Source: Nitrosococcus oceani ATCC 19707 (lineage in GTDB: Bacteria; Pseudomonadota; Gammaproteobacteria; Nitrosococcales; Nitrosococcaceae). From it: 32,000 nucleotides of DNA. Where the stretch lies: assembly GCF_000012805.1 (NCBI RefSeq), contig NC_007484.1, positions 2,880,001 to 2,912,000 on the forward strand, in the 5' to 3' direction. Below, piece after piece: positions 1 to 8,307 of the stretch (position 1 is the stretch's first letter; each line of letters begins with the position of its first letter). The position numbers and the translations under genes are program-made. The notes below the pieces were generated by a model. It did not search any database. It was not told where the DNA came from and was given only the letters and a program-made list of their open reading frames with translations.

Positions 1-1
1 G

Positions 2-961
2 TTAGTACCCTTTAAATATCATTGGGCCTGGGAGAAATATCTCAGCGGCTGCGCCAATCACTGGATGCCGCAAGAAATTAACATGAACGCGGATATCGCC
101 CTATGGAAAAGCGCCGATGGACTGACCGAAGATGAACGCACTATTATTAAGCGCAATCTTGGCTTTTTCGTCACCGCTGACTCCCTGGTAGCTAACAATT
201 TGGTGCTGGCCGTTTACCGACATATTACTAATCCTGAATGTCGCCAATACTTGCTCCGTCAGGCTTTCGAGGAAGCGGTGCATACCCATGCTTACCAGTA
301 CTGTGTAGAGTCCCTGGGGCTGGATGAAGGCGAGATTTTCAACATGTACCGGGAAGTGCCGGCGGTCGCCCGCAAGGCCGAATGGGCCCTGCCTTTTACC
401 CAGCACTTGGCCGATCCTCAATTTCATACCGGCACTGCGGAAAACGATCAAAAACTACTGCGGGAACTCATCGCCTTTTACGTCATCTTTGAAGGAATCT
501 TTTTTTACGTAGGCTTTGTCCAGATTCTCTCCATGGGCCGCCGCAACAAGATGACCGGCACGGCTGAGCAGTTCCAGTACATTATGCGCGATGAGTCCAT
601 GCACATGAACTTCGGTATTGATGTCATCAATCAGATTAAGCTTGAAAATCCCCATCTATGGTCAGACTCATTCAAACAAGAAACCCTCCGGATGATCCAG
701 GAAGCGGTAAGTCTGGAAACCCAATACGCCCATGACACCATGCCCCGGGGCGTACTGGGCCTCAACGCGCCCATGTTTGAAGAATATCTTAAGTTCATTG
801 CCAACCGCCGCTGCGCCCAAATCGGGCTGCCGGAACAGTATCCTGGCGCCAGCAACCCCTTCCCCTGGATGTCTGAGGTTTTAGATCTGAAAAAAGAAAA
901 AAATTTCTTTGAAACACGGGTCACGGAATACCAAACTGGGGGCGCTTTGAGCTGGGATTAA
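2..961 (+). CDS. nrdB: Ribonucleoside-diphosphate reductase beta subunit (class I), 5'-truncated by window edge
   Basis: The frame stays open to base 2 ([25 protein letters not shown]...). Di-iron ligand motifs EEAVHTHAY and [10 protein letters not shown] are present. The C-terminal tail ...[14 protein letters not shown] is typical of R2 proteins. Confidence 0.93.
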   Translation, partial: LVPFKYHWAWEKYLSGCANHWMPQEINMNADIALWKSADGLTEDERTIIKRNLGFFVTADSLVANNLVLAVYRHITNPECRQYLLRQAFEEAVHTHAYQYCVESLGLDEGEIFNMYREVPAVARKAEWALPFTQHLADPQFHTGTAENDQKLLRELIAFYVIFEGIFFYVGFVQILSMGRRNKMTGTAEQFQYIMRDESMHMNFGIDVINQIKLENPHLWSDSFKQETLRMIQEAVSLETQYAHDTMPRGVLGLNAPMFEEYLKFIANRRCAQIGLPEQYPGASNPFPWMSEVLDLKKEKNFFETRVTEYQTGGALSWD

Positions 962-981
962 ACGAATCATCAATCAACAAT

Positions 982-1010
982 AGCGGGCACTCAGCCCGCT
1001 ATCTCATTTA
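982..1010 (+). terminator. Weak candidate intrinsic terminator after nrdB
   Basis: Hairpin AGCGGGC-actca-GCCCGCT (982-1000) is followed by a poor T tract (atctcattt). Confidence 0.35.
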
Positions 1011-1030
1011 CAATTCCTGGGGGGGGCCAA

Positions 1031-1200
1031 ATGACTTCTGGCTTAGTTGCGCCAAAAAAAAATATAGGGTCATCTATTCCGATCCACCTTGGACATTTAA
1101 AACCTATTCAAAAAAAGGCATTTACAGGAAGAAGAACTGTAAAGACCTAGGCCAGCTACCTGATCCTCTCACCGGAAATAGCCGCCCTCCTAGTTGAACC
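1031..1200 (+). pseudogene. Remnant of an MT-A70-family (DPPW) adenine methyltransferase, frameshifted and 3'-truncated
   Basis: ATG 1031 gives MTSGLVAPKK, then an A9 run at 1054-1062. One frame over it reads YRVIYSDPPWTFKTYSKKG, the N-terminal catalytic DPPW motif of MT-A70-like methylases. Only about 55 codons remain before the converging gene at 1210. Confidence 0.5.
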
Positions 1201-1209
1201 CAATAAATA

Positions 1210-1581
1210 CTAATGGCCTGTTCCGTAAGTGGTATCCCGATAAAAATCCTCAAAGACATAGGTAGGGTGAATAATTTTAGCTGTCGGCACGAAAAAAGTC
1301 GCCAATTCCCCTACTCCCACGAGCGTACGGCCAAGGGTTTGACCAATCCCTTTAAGCAACCCCCAGCTTACCCCAATGCCTACATTACTATCCTTGCTAG
1401 TATTTATTATATTTTTAGGAATTTCTACCCAACCAGTCGCTACATTGGCTAATCCACGTCCCAATTTTTCACCCACTTCCGAGCCATAGCCTTCTCCTGC
1501 CAGGGCTGATGAAGTAAAACCCAATAATAATAACGCCAATAAAGCCATGGTCCCTATTGATCTAGTCATTTTATTACCCAC
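1210..1581 (-). CDS. Small secreted protein resembling the exosortase-system-associated TIGR04073 family
   Basis: Signal peptide (MALLALLLLGFTSSALA). The motif GRGLANVATGWVEIPKNI matches my recollection of TIGR04073-type proteins. GTG start at 1581, with an alternative ATG at 1569. Confidence 0.6.
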   Translation of the reverse strand: MGNKMTRSIGTMALLALLLLGFTSSALAGEGYGSEVGEKLGRGLANVATGWVEIPKNIINTSKDSNVGIGVSWGLLKGIGQTLGRTLVGVGELATFFVPTAKIIHPTYVFEDFYRDTTYGTGH

Positions 1582-1610
1582 TATCCTTACCCTTTTCCTT
1601 GTAAAACCTT

Positions 1611-1690
1611 GGAATTAAACATGGATGTTTAATGACCCCCCAGCGAGAGTGCGAAACAAAGTGGCACATCGAGCGCGAGGGCCACATAAA
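1611..1690 (+). repeat. Copy A of an approx. 58-80 nt module shared with the region upstream of tnpB (copy B at 13647-13724, opposite strand)
   Basis: Core 1634-1690 (gaccccccagcgagagtgcgaaacaaagtggcacatcgagcgcgagggccacataaa) differs from the reverse complement of 13647-13704 by 5 substitutions and 1 indel. Weaker similarity extends to 1611. It contains the imperfect hairpin CGA-ga-GTGC...GCAC-a-TCG. Confidence 0.8.
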
Positions 1691-1694
1691 AATA

Positions 1695-2000
1695 GGTCCC
1701 CGGTGTTTGACCCCACCGGGGAAGGGTTGGCTTTCGCCGCAGCCCGAAGGCTGTAAAGGTTCCCTCGCTCAGTTATCTCGCGGTTTCTCCCACCCTTGCG
1801 GGTCAATCCATCGAGGGAGCACTGCCCGTTATCCCGGCCCGTGCTGTTTAACCCCCTGGCGCAGTGTTCGGAGCTGGGAATGCACCCCGAAGTGCCTATC
1901 TTTACCGGCTGAGGTAACACAAGCCCGTCAGCCAGAATTCGCGAGTAACCTCTCCTACCGGAGTAGGGAGCTGGTTGAGTCAATAACTGATCATTTAAAT
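1695..2000 (+). ncRNA. Candidate large structured RNA of unknown class (strand uncertain)
   Basis: There is no credible protein; both overlapping ORFs give Cys/Pro/Arg/Gly-rich junk. Many perfect GC-rich stems are present: 1697-1705/1714-1722, 1740-1744/1749-1753, 1761-1767/1812-1818, 1792-1795/1800-1803, 1819-1822/1841-1844, 1907-1912/1928-1933, 1952-1958/1963-1970, 1946-1950/1973-1977, and long-range 1724-1728/1850-1854. G-U extensions (1739-1754, 1946-1977) are possible only on the + strand. Confidence 0.45.
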
Positions 2001-2117
2001 ACATGGAAGTATGCAAATTTTAGTTAAACCGGGGACTCAACAACCATAGTTGACACTATTAAAACTTGCTAGAGGCGTTGATAATATACGCAAAAAAATA
2101 GAGCTAAAAGCAGTCAA

Positions 2118-3986
2118 ATGAAAAAATGGTTTCTCTACAACAGTATCGCATTAGTACTATTCGGGCTATCCATGGGGAGCTATGGACGCGAAATCCAAGT
2201 GCCTATACAACTCAATAATGAGCTGCTTCGCCATATTCTCATTAGGGAAGTTTATGTCGGTCCCCATCATACGGCCCAGGTCTGGAATGATGATAGCGGC
2301 TGCAATTCTTTAGTGCTTTCCAATCCCCGGGTCGGTAATGCCGGCCAGCAGCTTCGCATTCTCAGTGACGGAATAGCCAAGCTCGGAACGCCCATTGGCA
2401 ATCGCTGTATTCCACTCCTAGACTGGACAGGAACGATTGAAGTATTCCAAAAGCCCATGCTTGGACCCGAACTGACTACCCTCTACTTCCAAACTGTACA
2501 ATCCAATATTTATAACGCCGAAGGGCATAAGGAAGCTGCCACGGGTCAGCTCTGGGATAGGATCAAAGAATATGTACACCCCAGGCTCTCGCAGGTCCGG
2601 ATTGACCTCCAGCCCCAGTTAGCGGAACTGCGAAATCTACTGCCCTTGGTATTATCTCCCCGGGACCGCTCACGGATTCAGACCGCCATTGATTCCCTAA
2701 CCCTGACCGAAGCACAAACGACCCCGGACGGGATTAAGGTCGCCTTGCGTTTTACACTCCCGGATCTCAACACTCCCCCTCCTTCTCCGGAACCGCCCCT
2801 CTCACCTGAGGAAATGCAGCGCTGGGAAGCAGCGTGGCAGCAAGGAGATGCGTTTCTAACCTTTATTATCAAGCAGGCAGCAGCTGAAAATGAGTTAGCA
2901 GAATTACGCCCGCTTTTGTTGGAAATTCTTTTAGACGCCCGTCACGATATAGACAAGGCCCTCACTGCTTCAACGCCTGGAACGGCCGATCCCATCCGCA
3001 CGCTGTTTCTAAAAACCTGGGAACGCCTGGCACCGGTATTGCGCCATTTAAGCCTGAGCATGCCCCATGAAACGGCCCTGCACTACCTGAGCTTTATTGC
3101 CGCCAGTGATGTCCTAAAAACCATTGACCAGCTTGGCCCGGCGTCTGGCCTCGATATCTCCACCGATGGGTTACGCCGGCTAGCCCGGATCATTGCTCCC
3201 CAAGCGGGGCACCATCCCTTGTTTTACAACTTTAAGGTCGATCCTGAGTTGCGGCGCTTATTGGGATTTAGCGTGGCTCCATCCCCTTCTCGGAAAAACT
3301 CGCAACTCAACCTGAACGAGGGGTTATGGCGAAATGCCTGGGCTGCTGATAGCGTTGATCGACCCCTGATTTCACGGCTCAACCAGTGGGTTCCCACGAC
3401 AAAGGATATGGGAACCTACTTACCAATGGTCCACCAGCTCCTGGATCAAACCGTCAGCCATTTACTCCAAACTCATCCCTTGGAAAGCCAATACCACTCA
3501 CTGTACCGCTGGCTCCTGCTGGCTACCGCTTGGCAAGAAAGCTGTTGGCGTCAATTCACCAAGAAGGGAGACAAGATCCGACCGTTCCACTCTGGTGGAG
3601 GCTCGGTAGGTCTCATGCAGATCAATCAAAACGTCTGGCGAGGTTTTTACGATGTGCATGACTTGAACTGGGACATTGCCTACAATGCGCAAGCGGGGGG
3701 AGAAATCTTGTTGCGCTATCTGGTAGATTACGCCATCAAAAAAGGCGAGCATAAAAAAACAGGTGATCTCGATAATCTAGCTCGCGCCACCTATGCCGCT
3801 TATAATGGAGGACCAGGACACTTGAGGCGTTACCGTAAGGCAGGTACGCCAGAGTCCTTGCGTAAGATAGATGCTTCTTTTTGGGACAAATACCGAACCA
3901 TCAAACAGGGTAACGAACTGGCTGTCGCCCAATGCTTTGGTATAGAAGCCTCGTCTTTATCGCTTCCGCCAGGAAACAGAAGATAA
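2118..3986 (+). CDS. Secreted lytic transglycosylase-domain protein with a large uncharacterised N-terminal region
   Basis: Signal peptide MKKWFLYNSIALVLFGLSMGSYG. The C-terminal SLT-type motifs are AWQESCWRQF (catalytic Glu), GLMQINQ and AAYNGGPG. A Pro-rich linker (PPPSPEPPLSPEE) is also present. Confidence 0.85.
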   Translation: MKKWFLYNSIALVLFGLSMGSYGREIQVPIQLNNELLRHILIREVYVGPHHTAQVWNDDSGCNSLVLSNPRVGNAGQQLRILSDGIAKLGTPIGNRCIPLLDWTGTIEVFQKPMLGPELTTLYFQTVQSNIYNAEGHKEAATGQLWDRIKEYVHPRLSQVRIDLQPQLAELRNLLPLVLSPRDRSRIQTAIDSLTLTEAQTTPDGIKVALRFTLPDLNTPPPSPEPPLSPEEMQRWEAAWQQGDAFLTFIIKQAAAENELAELRPLLLEILLDARHDIDKALTASTPGTADPIRTLFLKTWERLAPVLRHLSLSMPHETALHYLSFIAASDVLKTIDQLGPASGLDISTDGLRRLARIIAPQAGHHPLFYNFKVDPELRRLLGFSVAPSPSRKNSQLNLNEGLWRNAWAADSVDRPLISRLNQWVPTTKDMGTYLPMVHQLLDQTVSHLLQTHPLESQYHSLYRWLLLATAWQESCWRQFTKKGDKIRPFHSGGGSVGLMQINQNVWRGFYDVHDLNWDIAYNAQAGGEILLRYLVDYAIKKGEHKKTGDLDNLARATYAAYNGGPGHLRRYRKAGTPESLRKIDASFWDKYRTIKQGNELAVAQCFGIEASSLSLPPGNRR

Positions 3987-4121
3987 GGAGACTAAGCCTT
4001 TCCTCAAAATAAAAACAGGCCAATACTCAGCAAGCCTATGAAAAAGAAGATAAAAGGCACATTCTCCCTCTAATAAATATAAAAAGCGCCCGCACCTGCG
4101 TCAATTGGAAACGGAGAAATC

Positions 4122-4505
4122 GTGGATATTCTTATCGGAGTTCTTATTGGTGGCCTGATTGCAAGCATTGCGCCGCTCACCACCATTATCGCTGATCATC
4201 TACGATGGCGGCGTGAAACCAAGCTAATGCACTTAAAAACTGAGCGGGATAAACTCGAGCAGCGCTTCAGGGAAACCCTGGAGCAGCTATCGAAATCAAT
4301 GGCACGGAATAGCTATCCCGCTGAAATGACATCGGACATCATGATTATGCTGCCAAAGGAAATTTCCGATCCCTACCTGGCTTTTCTAGAAGAAAAGGAT
4401 AAATCAACACCCCAATGCCGCCAAGCTTACCTCCTCATAGCCACCGCCATGAAAGAGTATTTAGGCAGGTTCGATCGGCAAATAGAAGCCCTAATAGCGG
4501 ACTGA
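4122..4505 (+). CDS. Hypothetical protein with an N-terminal transmembrane anchor and a helical/coiled C-terminal part
   Basis: GTG-start ORF with a hydrophobic N-terminus (ILIGVLIGGLIASIAPLTTII). I recognise no family. Confidence 0.5.
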   Translation: MDILIGVLIGGLIASIAPLTTIIADHLRWRRETKLMHLKTERDKLEQRFRETLEQLSKSMARNSYPAEMTSDIMIMLPKEISDPYLAFLEEKDKSTPQCRQAYLLIATAMKEYLGRFDRQIEALIAD

Positions 4506-4667
4506 TATTTATATACTTTTCCAATATGTTTTTTACCCCCCATTAAGCAAAAAGTGGTTTTTATTAAAATAAATAGTATATCTCCACTATTTAAACTAGA
4601 CTATGATTTAGAAAACGGGTTAAAACTTATGACTTTTAGAGATAAAGTCCAAGTTAGGGAGGAAGAT

Positions 4668-5588
4668 ATGAAGAATAAAAAAACCATGGCAATCATGGCA
4701 ATATTTACGCCATTATTGCTAGCTGTTTATACATCCGCGCTAGCGGAGGACGATCATCCCCTGTATGCGCCCTATAAGGGCTGGCCGCCATGCGCTGTTA
4801 TGACGGGGGAAGGAGATATGGCACCTGATGGCAGATCAGTCACGGGAGTCATTTGCCGTTCGACTCTCTTTATTCCAGATAGCGATAAAGACGGAGTCCC
4901 GGACGATAAGGATCAATGCCCTAATACACCTCCAGGCGTTGAAGTGGACGAAGTCGGCTGCCCCCTGGACAGTGACAACGATGGCGTGCCGGACTACCTT
5001 GATCAATGCCCCGATACGCCTATGGGAGTAGAGGTAGGAGAAGATGGCTGCCCCCTGGATAGCGACGGCGATGGCGTGCCGGATTATCTCGATCAATGTC
5101 CCGATACACCCATGGGAGTAGAGGTAAACAGCCAAGGCTGCCCCCTAAGCGTGGACAGTGATGGCGACGGAGTGCCCGATGATATCGATGAGTGCCCCGA
5201 TACAGCGTATGGGGTTGACGTGGACGAGGTGGGTTGTCCCAAGCCTGTCGTGCTTGAAGACGGTGTTCATTTTGGATTTGATTCCGCCAAGCTGTCTCCC
5301 AATGCCCATACCATCCTAGATAAGGTCGTGGAAAATATGCGCACTTATCCTGATTTAGAAATCACCATTGCTGGTCATACAGATAGCACCGGTAACGCGG
5401 ATTACAACCAACGCCTTTCCCAGCTTCGCGCCGAGGCGGCCATGAACTATCTGGCCTCCAAGGGTATTGATCCATCGAGGATGGAAGCAATAGGCTATGG
5501 AGAAGAACGCCCGATTGCCTCCAATTCCACCAAGGAAGGCCGGGCCAAAAATCGCCGGGTTGAACTTCAAACCCACGACGAGGATTAA
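4668..5588 (+). CDS. OmpA-family outer-membrane/peptidoglycan-associated protein with thrombospondin type-3 (calcium-binding) repeats
   Basis: ATG 4668 is preceded by agggagg. Signal peptide MKNKKTMAIMAIFTPLLLAVYTSALA. Four DxDxDGVPDxxDxCPxTPxGVxVxxxGCP repeats are present. The C-terminal OmpA domain carries GHTDSTGNADYNQRLSQLRA and NRRVEL. Confidence 0.9.
   Translation: MKNKKTMAIMAIFTPLLLAVYTSALAEDDHPLYAPYKGWPPCAVMTGEGDMAPDGRSVTGVICRSTLFIPDSDKDGVPDDKDQCPNTPPGVEVDEVGCPLDSDNDGVPDYLDQCPDTPMGVEVGEDGCPLDSDGDGVPDYLDQCPDTPMGVEVNSQGCPLSVDSDGDGVPDDIDECPDTAYGVDVDEVGCPKPVVLEDGVHFGFDSAKLSPNAHTILDKVVENMRTYPDLEITIAGHTDSTGNADYNQRLSQLRAEAAMNYLASKGIDPSRMEAIGYGEERPIASNSTKEGRAKNRRVELQTHDED
4878..5243 (+). repeat. 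Tandem coding repeats (4 x approx. 93-99 bp) encoding TSP type-3 units
   Basis: The repeated peptide is DSDxDGVPDYLDQCPDTPMGVEV...GCPL. The two central units are near-identical at DNA level. Confidence 0.85.
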
Positions 5589-5603
5589 ATCATCCAACCA
5601 TCC

Positions 5604-5634
5604 GATGAGGGCCGCCAGGCCCTCATCCTTTTCC
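5604..5634 (+). terminator. Rho-independent terminator after the OmpA-family gene
   Basis: A 10-bp stem GATGAGGGCC (5604-5613) / GGCCCTCATC (5618-5627) with loop gcca is followed by cttttcc. Confidence 0.75.
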
Positions 5635-5727
5635 GAGGCACCCTATTGGTGCTTAAATAAAAACCGGATAAGGTTATTTCTCTTTACCAATAGCCACTCT
5701 CCCTAACGACGATCAGCAACCCTGGCG

Positions 5728-7071
5728 ATGGCAAAGCACAAGCGCCAAGCGCCGCAGCCGCCGCTTCCTCCCCTTGGCCTGAAGCCGCTCCTGGCGCTTG
5801 CTATTCCCAGCGCTGTTTTCACTTTGCTCACCAACGGTTTTCGGATCGTTGATCAATATTTTATTCAAGATGTGTCCGTCGAAGCGCAAGCCGCCATTGG
5901 CTCGTCCGTCTTCGTGGTTATTTTTATCTATGCCACTTTTGAATTGCTGGCAGCAGGGGCGGGGCCCCTTATCGCCCGGGCAACTGGCGCCCACGATCCG
6001 ATAGCCCGCCGGGCGCTGCTTGGCGAAGCTCTCTTCGGCGCTCTCCTCCTGACCATGCTGCTAATGGTCATTGGCACCCTGGGAGCACCGCTGTTTACCC
6101 GCGCCTTGGGTCTTGAAGGCCAAGCGGCCAGTGAGTCCAATCGTTATTTGTGCACCCTTTTTTTAACCGTGCTGCCCTTGGTGCTGACGCCCTTAATCGA
6201 TCAGGCGTTTATCAATATGGGTTCGGCCCGGCCGCCGTTAATTCTCCATGCCCTCTCCCTGAGCCTGAATATTATTTTGACCCCCCTCCTCATCCATAGC
6301 GCGGGGCTTGGCATTGTAGGAGCTGCCTTGGCCTCTAATCTCGCCCGTGGTATTAGCGTTGGCTTGGGACTCCTGCTGCTCAAAAGGATAACAGGATTAA
6401 CCCTAAAAGACCTCAAGCCCCGCGGGCAACTGCGCCGGATTTTACGGATCGGCGCCCCCATGGCTTTAGGAACGGCCTTTTTCGCCATGGTCTATTGGGC
6501 ACTGCTGAAAACCTCCGTTTCACCCCTGGGGGCCCATGCCAACGCCGCCCTGGGAATTGGATTTTCCGCCCTTGAAGGATGCACCTGGCCACTCTTCCAC
6601 GGACTCTCTCTTGGCGCCGCTTCTCTTGCTGGCCGCTACCTGGGAGCCCAGCGGCCCGATTTGGCCCGCCAAACCTTTTACATGGCCCTACCCTTCGCGA
6701 CCCTTCTGGGCCTCGCGGCATCCCTAACATTTTTCTTTGCTGGCGAAGCGCTCACTGGCCTTTTTACCGATGACCGGGCTGTCCATCAGGCGGCAACGGA
6801 ATATGCGGTAATTCTCGCCGCCTCTCAGCTTTTTCTCGCCTGGGAAGCCTTAAGTACCGGCATTTTGGCCGGCGCCGGTGATACCCGGACGGTATTTTGG
6901 TACAGCACCCCTTTCAACCTCCTCCGGATTCCCCTCGCCTGGTTACTCGCTTTCCCCCTGGGTTTTGGCGCCCCTGGGATTTGGTGGGCGATTAATCTCA
7001 CCACCTATGCCAAAGCGATTTGCAAGGGGTGGGCGGTATGGCGAGGACGCTGGGCCACTATCGAGCCTTGA
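5728..7071 (+). CDS. MATE-family efflux transporter
   Basis: 447-aa polytopic membrane protein of roughly 12 TM segments. The N-terminal LLALAIPSAVFTLLTNGFRIVDQYFI and overall architecture are typical of MATE/NorM-like exporters. Confidence 0.88.
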   Translation: MAKHKRQAPQPPLPPLGLKPLLALAIPSAVFTLLTNGFRIVDQYFIQDVSVEAQAAIGSSVFVVIFIYATFELLAAGAGPLIARATGAHDPIARRALLGEALFGALLLTMLLMVIGTLGAPLFTRALGLEGQAASESNRYLCTLFLTVLPLVLTPLIDQAFINMGSARPPLILHALSLSLNIILTPLLIHSAGLGIVGAALASNLARGISVGLGLLLLKRITGLTLKDLKPRGQLRRILRIGAPMALGTAFFAMVYWALLKTSVSPLGAHANAALGIGFSALEGCTWPLFHGLSLGAASLAGRYLGAQRPDLARQTFYMALPFATLLGLAASLTFFFAGEALTGLFTDDRAVHQAATEYAVILAASQLFLAWEALSTGILAGAGDTRTVFWYSTPFNLLRIPLAWLLAFPLGFGAPGIWWAINLTTYAKAICKGWAVWRGRWATIEP

Positions 7072-7080
7072 ACTCATTAT

Positions 7081-7509
7081 TTAACCCACCACATTCCATA
7101 ATGCCGCGTAACGGGCACCTTTACCCACGGCCATAAAGAACAGCCCTAAAAACACATTCAAACGCAACCAGCCAGCAACAAAGCACAAGGGATCGCCAAT
7201 AACCGGCATCCAAGCCCCAAGTAAACCAACAGCACCATATCGACGGAGCCATCGATAAGCCCGCTGATGGGAAGGCCGTGCCAGCGTCCGCAAGGGATAG
7301 CGCCGCGCCACTAGCCAGCCCATCCCCAGGCTCACCATGCCTCCCAGCGTATTGCCGAGGGTCGCAACCCCAATCAGCACCGAAGGAGAATAGACATCCT
7401 GGGACGCCAATAAGGCAAACACCACTTCCGATCCTCCTGGCAGCAAGGTTGCCGCCAGAAAACTACTGCCAAAGAGAGTCCAAAGATCTGAATTAGCTGG
7501 AAAATTCAA
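7081..7509 (-). CDS. YqaA/DedA-family small membrane protein
   Basis: 142 aa and hydrophobic. The motifs SFLAATLLPGGSEVVF and IGDPLCFVAGWLR are characteristic of YqaA-like (SNARE-associated/DedA superfamily) proteins. Confidence 0.82.
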   Translation of the reverse strand: MNFPANSDLWTLFGSSFLAATLLPGGSEVVFALLASQDVYSPSVLIGVATLGNTLGGMVSLGMGWLVARRYPLRTLARPSHQRAYRWLRRYGAVGLLGAWMPVIGDPLCFVAGWLRLNVFLGLFFMAVGKGARYAALWNVVG

Positions 7510-7643
7510 TATTAGATCCTCGCCGCCTCAACTTTTACAATTAGAGGGGCCACCAAATCGCTCCTGATGCAGCGAATCAACGCAAAGGAAGCACTAAAAA
7601 CTCAGGCAATACTTCATGAAACCAATTTAGCTGACTAACCTAG

Positions 7644-7891
7644 CTAATCACAAACACTGCCGAGTTTCTCGCCATCATTCAAGTCAATATACACGAAGCG
7701 AAGGCCCATCTCCCAAAGCTGCTCCAAAAGGTTTTGGAAGGGGAAGAAATTATCATTGCCAAAGATAATCGACCTATCCCTAAGCTCGTCTTGCTCGAAG
7801 AACAAAAATCCAAACACCGCCTGGAAAGTACGCCATTAGTATCCATCCTAATTTCGATGCGCCCATGGAGGATTTCGAGGAATACAGGTAG
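7644..7891 (+). pseudogene. Phd/YefM-type antitoxin remnant (no ATG, internal frameshift)
   Basis: It reads ...QVNIHEAKAHLPKLLQKVLEGEEIIIAKDNRPIPKLVLLEEQKSKHRL. The expected C-terminus GKYAISIHPNFDAPMEDFEEYR* is found only one frame over. The codon where the start is expected is ATT (7677). Confidence 0.55.
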
Positions 7892-7944
7892 TGCAAATTC
7901 TGCTAGATACCCATGCCTTTAAAATTAAAGTGCATGGAATATAA
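7891..7944 (+). pseudogene. 17-codon N-terminal stub of a PIN-domain VapC toxin
   Basis: GTG 7891 overlaps the antitoxin TAG, an arrangement typical of TA gene pairs. It reads VQILLDTHAF (the first PIN acidic-residue motif), then diverges and stops at 7942-7944. Confidence 0.5.
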
Positions 7945-7956
7945 ACTTTACCCCTG

Positions 7957-8307
7957 ATGAATACAAAACCTTTAAACTCTACCCACAATGGCAATAAAGA
8001 TCCCCTGAAAAAAGCCCCCCAATGGGACATCGCGGAAGCCCAGCGAATCGTGCGAGAAAAACTAGAGGCGATAAAAGCAGATATCTACTTATTTGGTTCT
8101 AGGGCAGATGGAACCATGGGCCGTTATTCGGATATCGACATTGGCATAGATCCCCATGAGCCATTACCCACGGGGCTGCTTGCGGAAATTCGGGAGGCAC
8201 TTGAGGAAAGCCAAATCATTTATCATGTGGACTTGGTCGATCTGTCACAGGTATCCAAAACATTCCGCCGGCGTGTCCTTGAAAAAGGTGTTCAGTGGAA
8301 AGATTAA
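7957..8307 (+). CDS. Minimal nucleotidyltransferase (MNT) antitoxin of an MNT-HEPN pair
   Basis: Pol-beta-type NTase motif LFGSRADGT...YSDIDIGI. It overlaps the downstream HEPN gene by 13 nt. Confidence 0.85.
   Translation: MNTKPLNSTHNGNKDPLKKAPQWDIAEAQRIVREKLEAIKADIYLFGSRADGTMGRYSDIDIGIDPHEPLPTGLLAEIREALEESQIIYHVDLVDLSQVSKTFRRRVLEKGVQWKD

Noticed and set aside
1620-2010. RNase P RNA, tmRNA, SRP or 6S RNA, suggested by the size and intergenic position
   Set aside because: On neither strand could I find the conserved RNase P boxes (GGAAAGUCCGG, ACAGAACCCGGCUUA), a tmRNA tRNA-like end or tag ORF, or the SRP GGAA/AGCA loop. This was checked by eye only, so an Rfam scan is still needed.
1615-2027. 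Two long overlapping ORFs (133 aa on -, 131 aa on +) that could be called hypothetical proteins
   Set aside because: Both are open at once. Their translations are Cys/Pro/Arg/Gly-rich with no motif, RBS or plausible start context. The DNA is better explained by dense base-pairing, so I treated the region as a candidate RNA.
4554-4667. Upstream extension of the OmpA-family ORF (344-aa version)
   Set aside because: The extension is AT-rich and lacks a signal peptide. ATG 4668 has a strong AGGGAGG RBS and is followed immediately by a canonical signal peptide.
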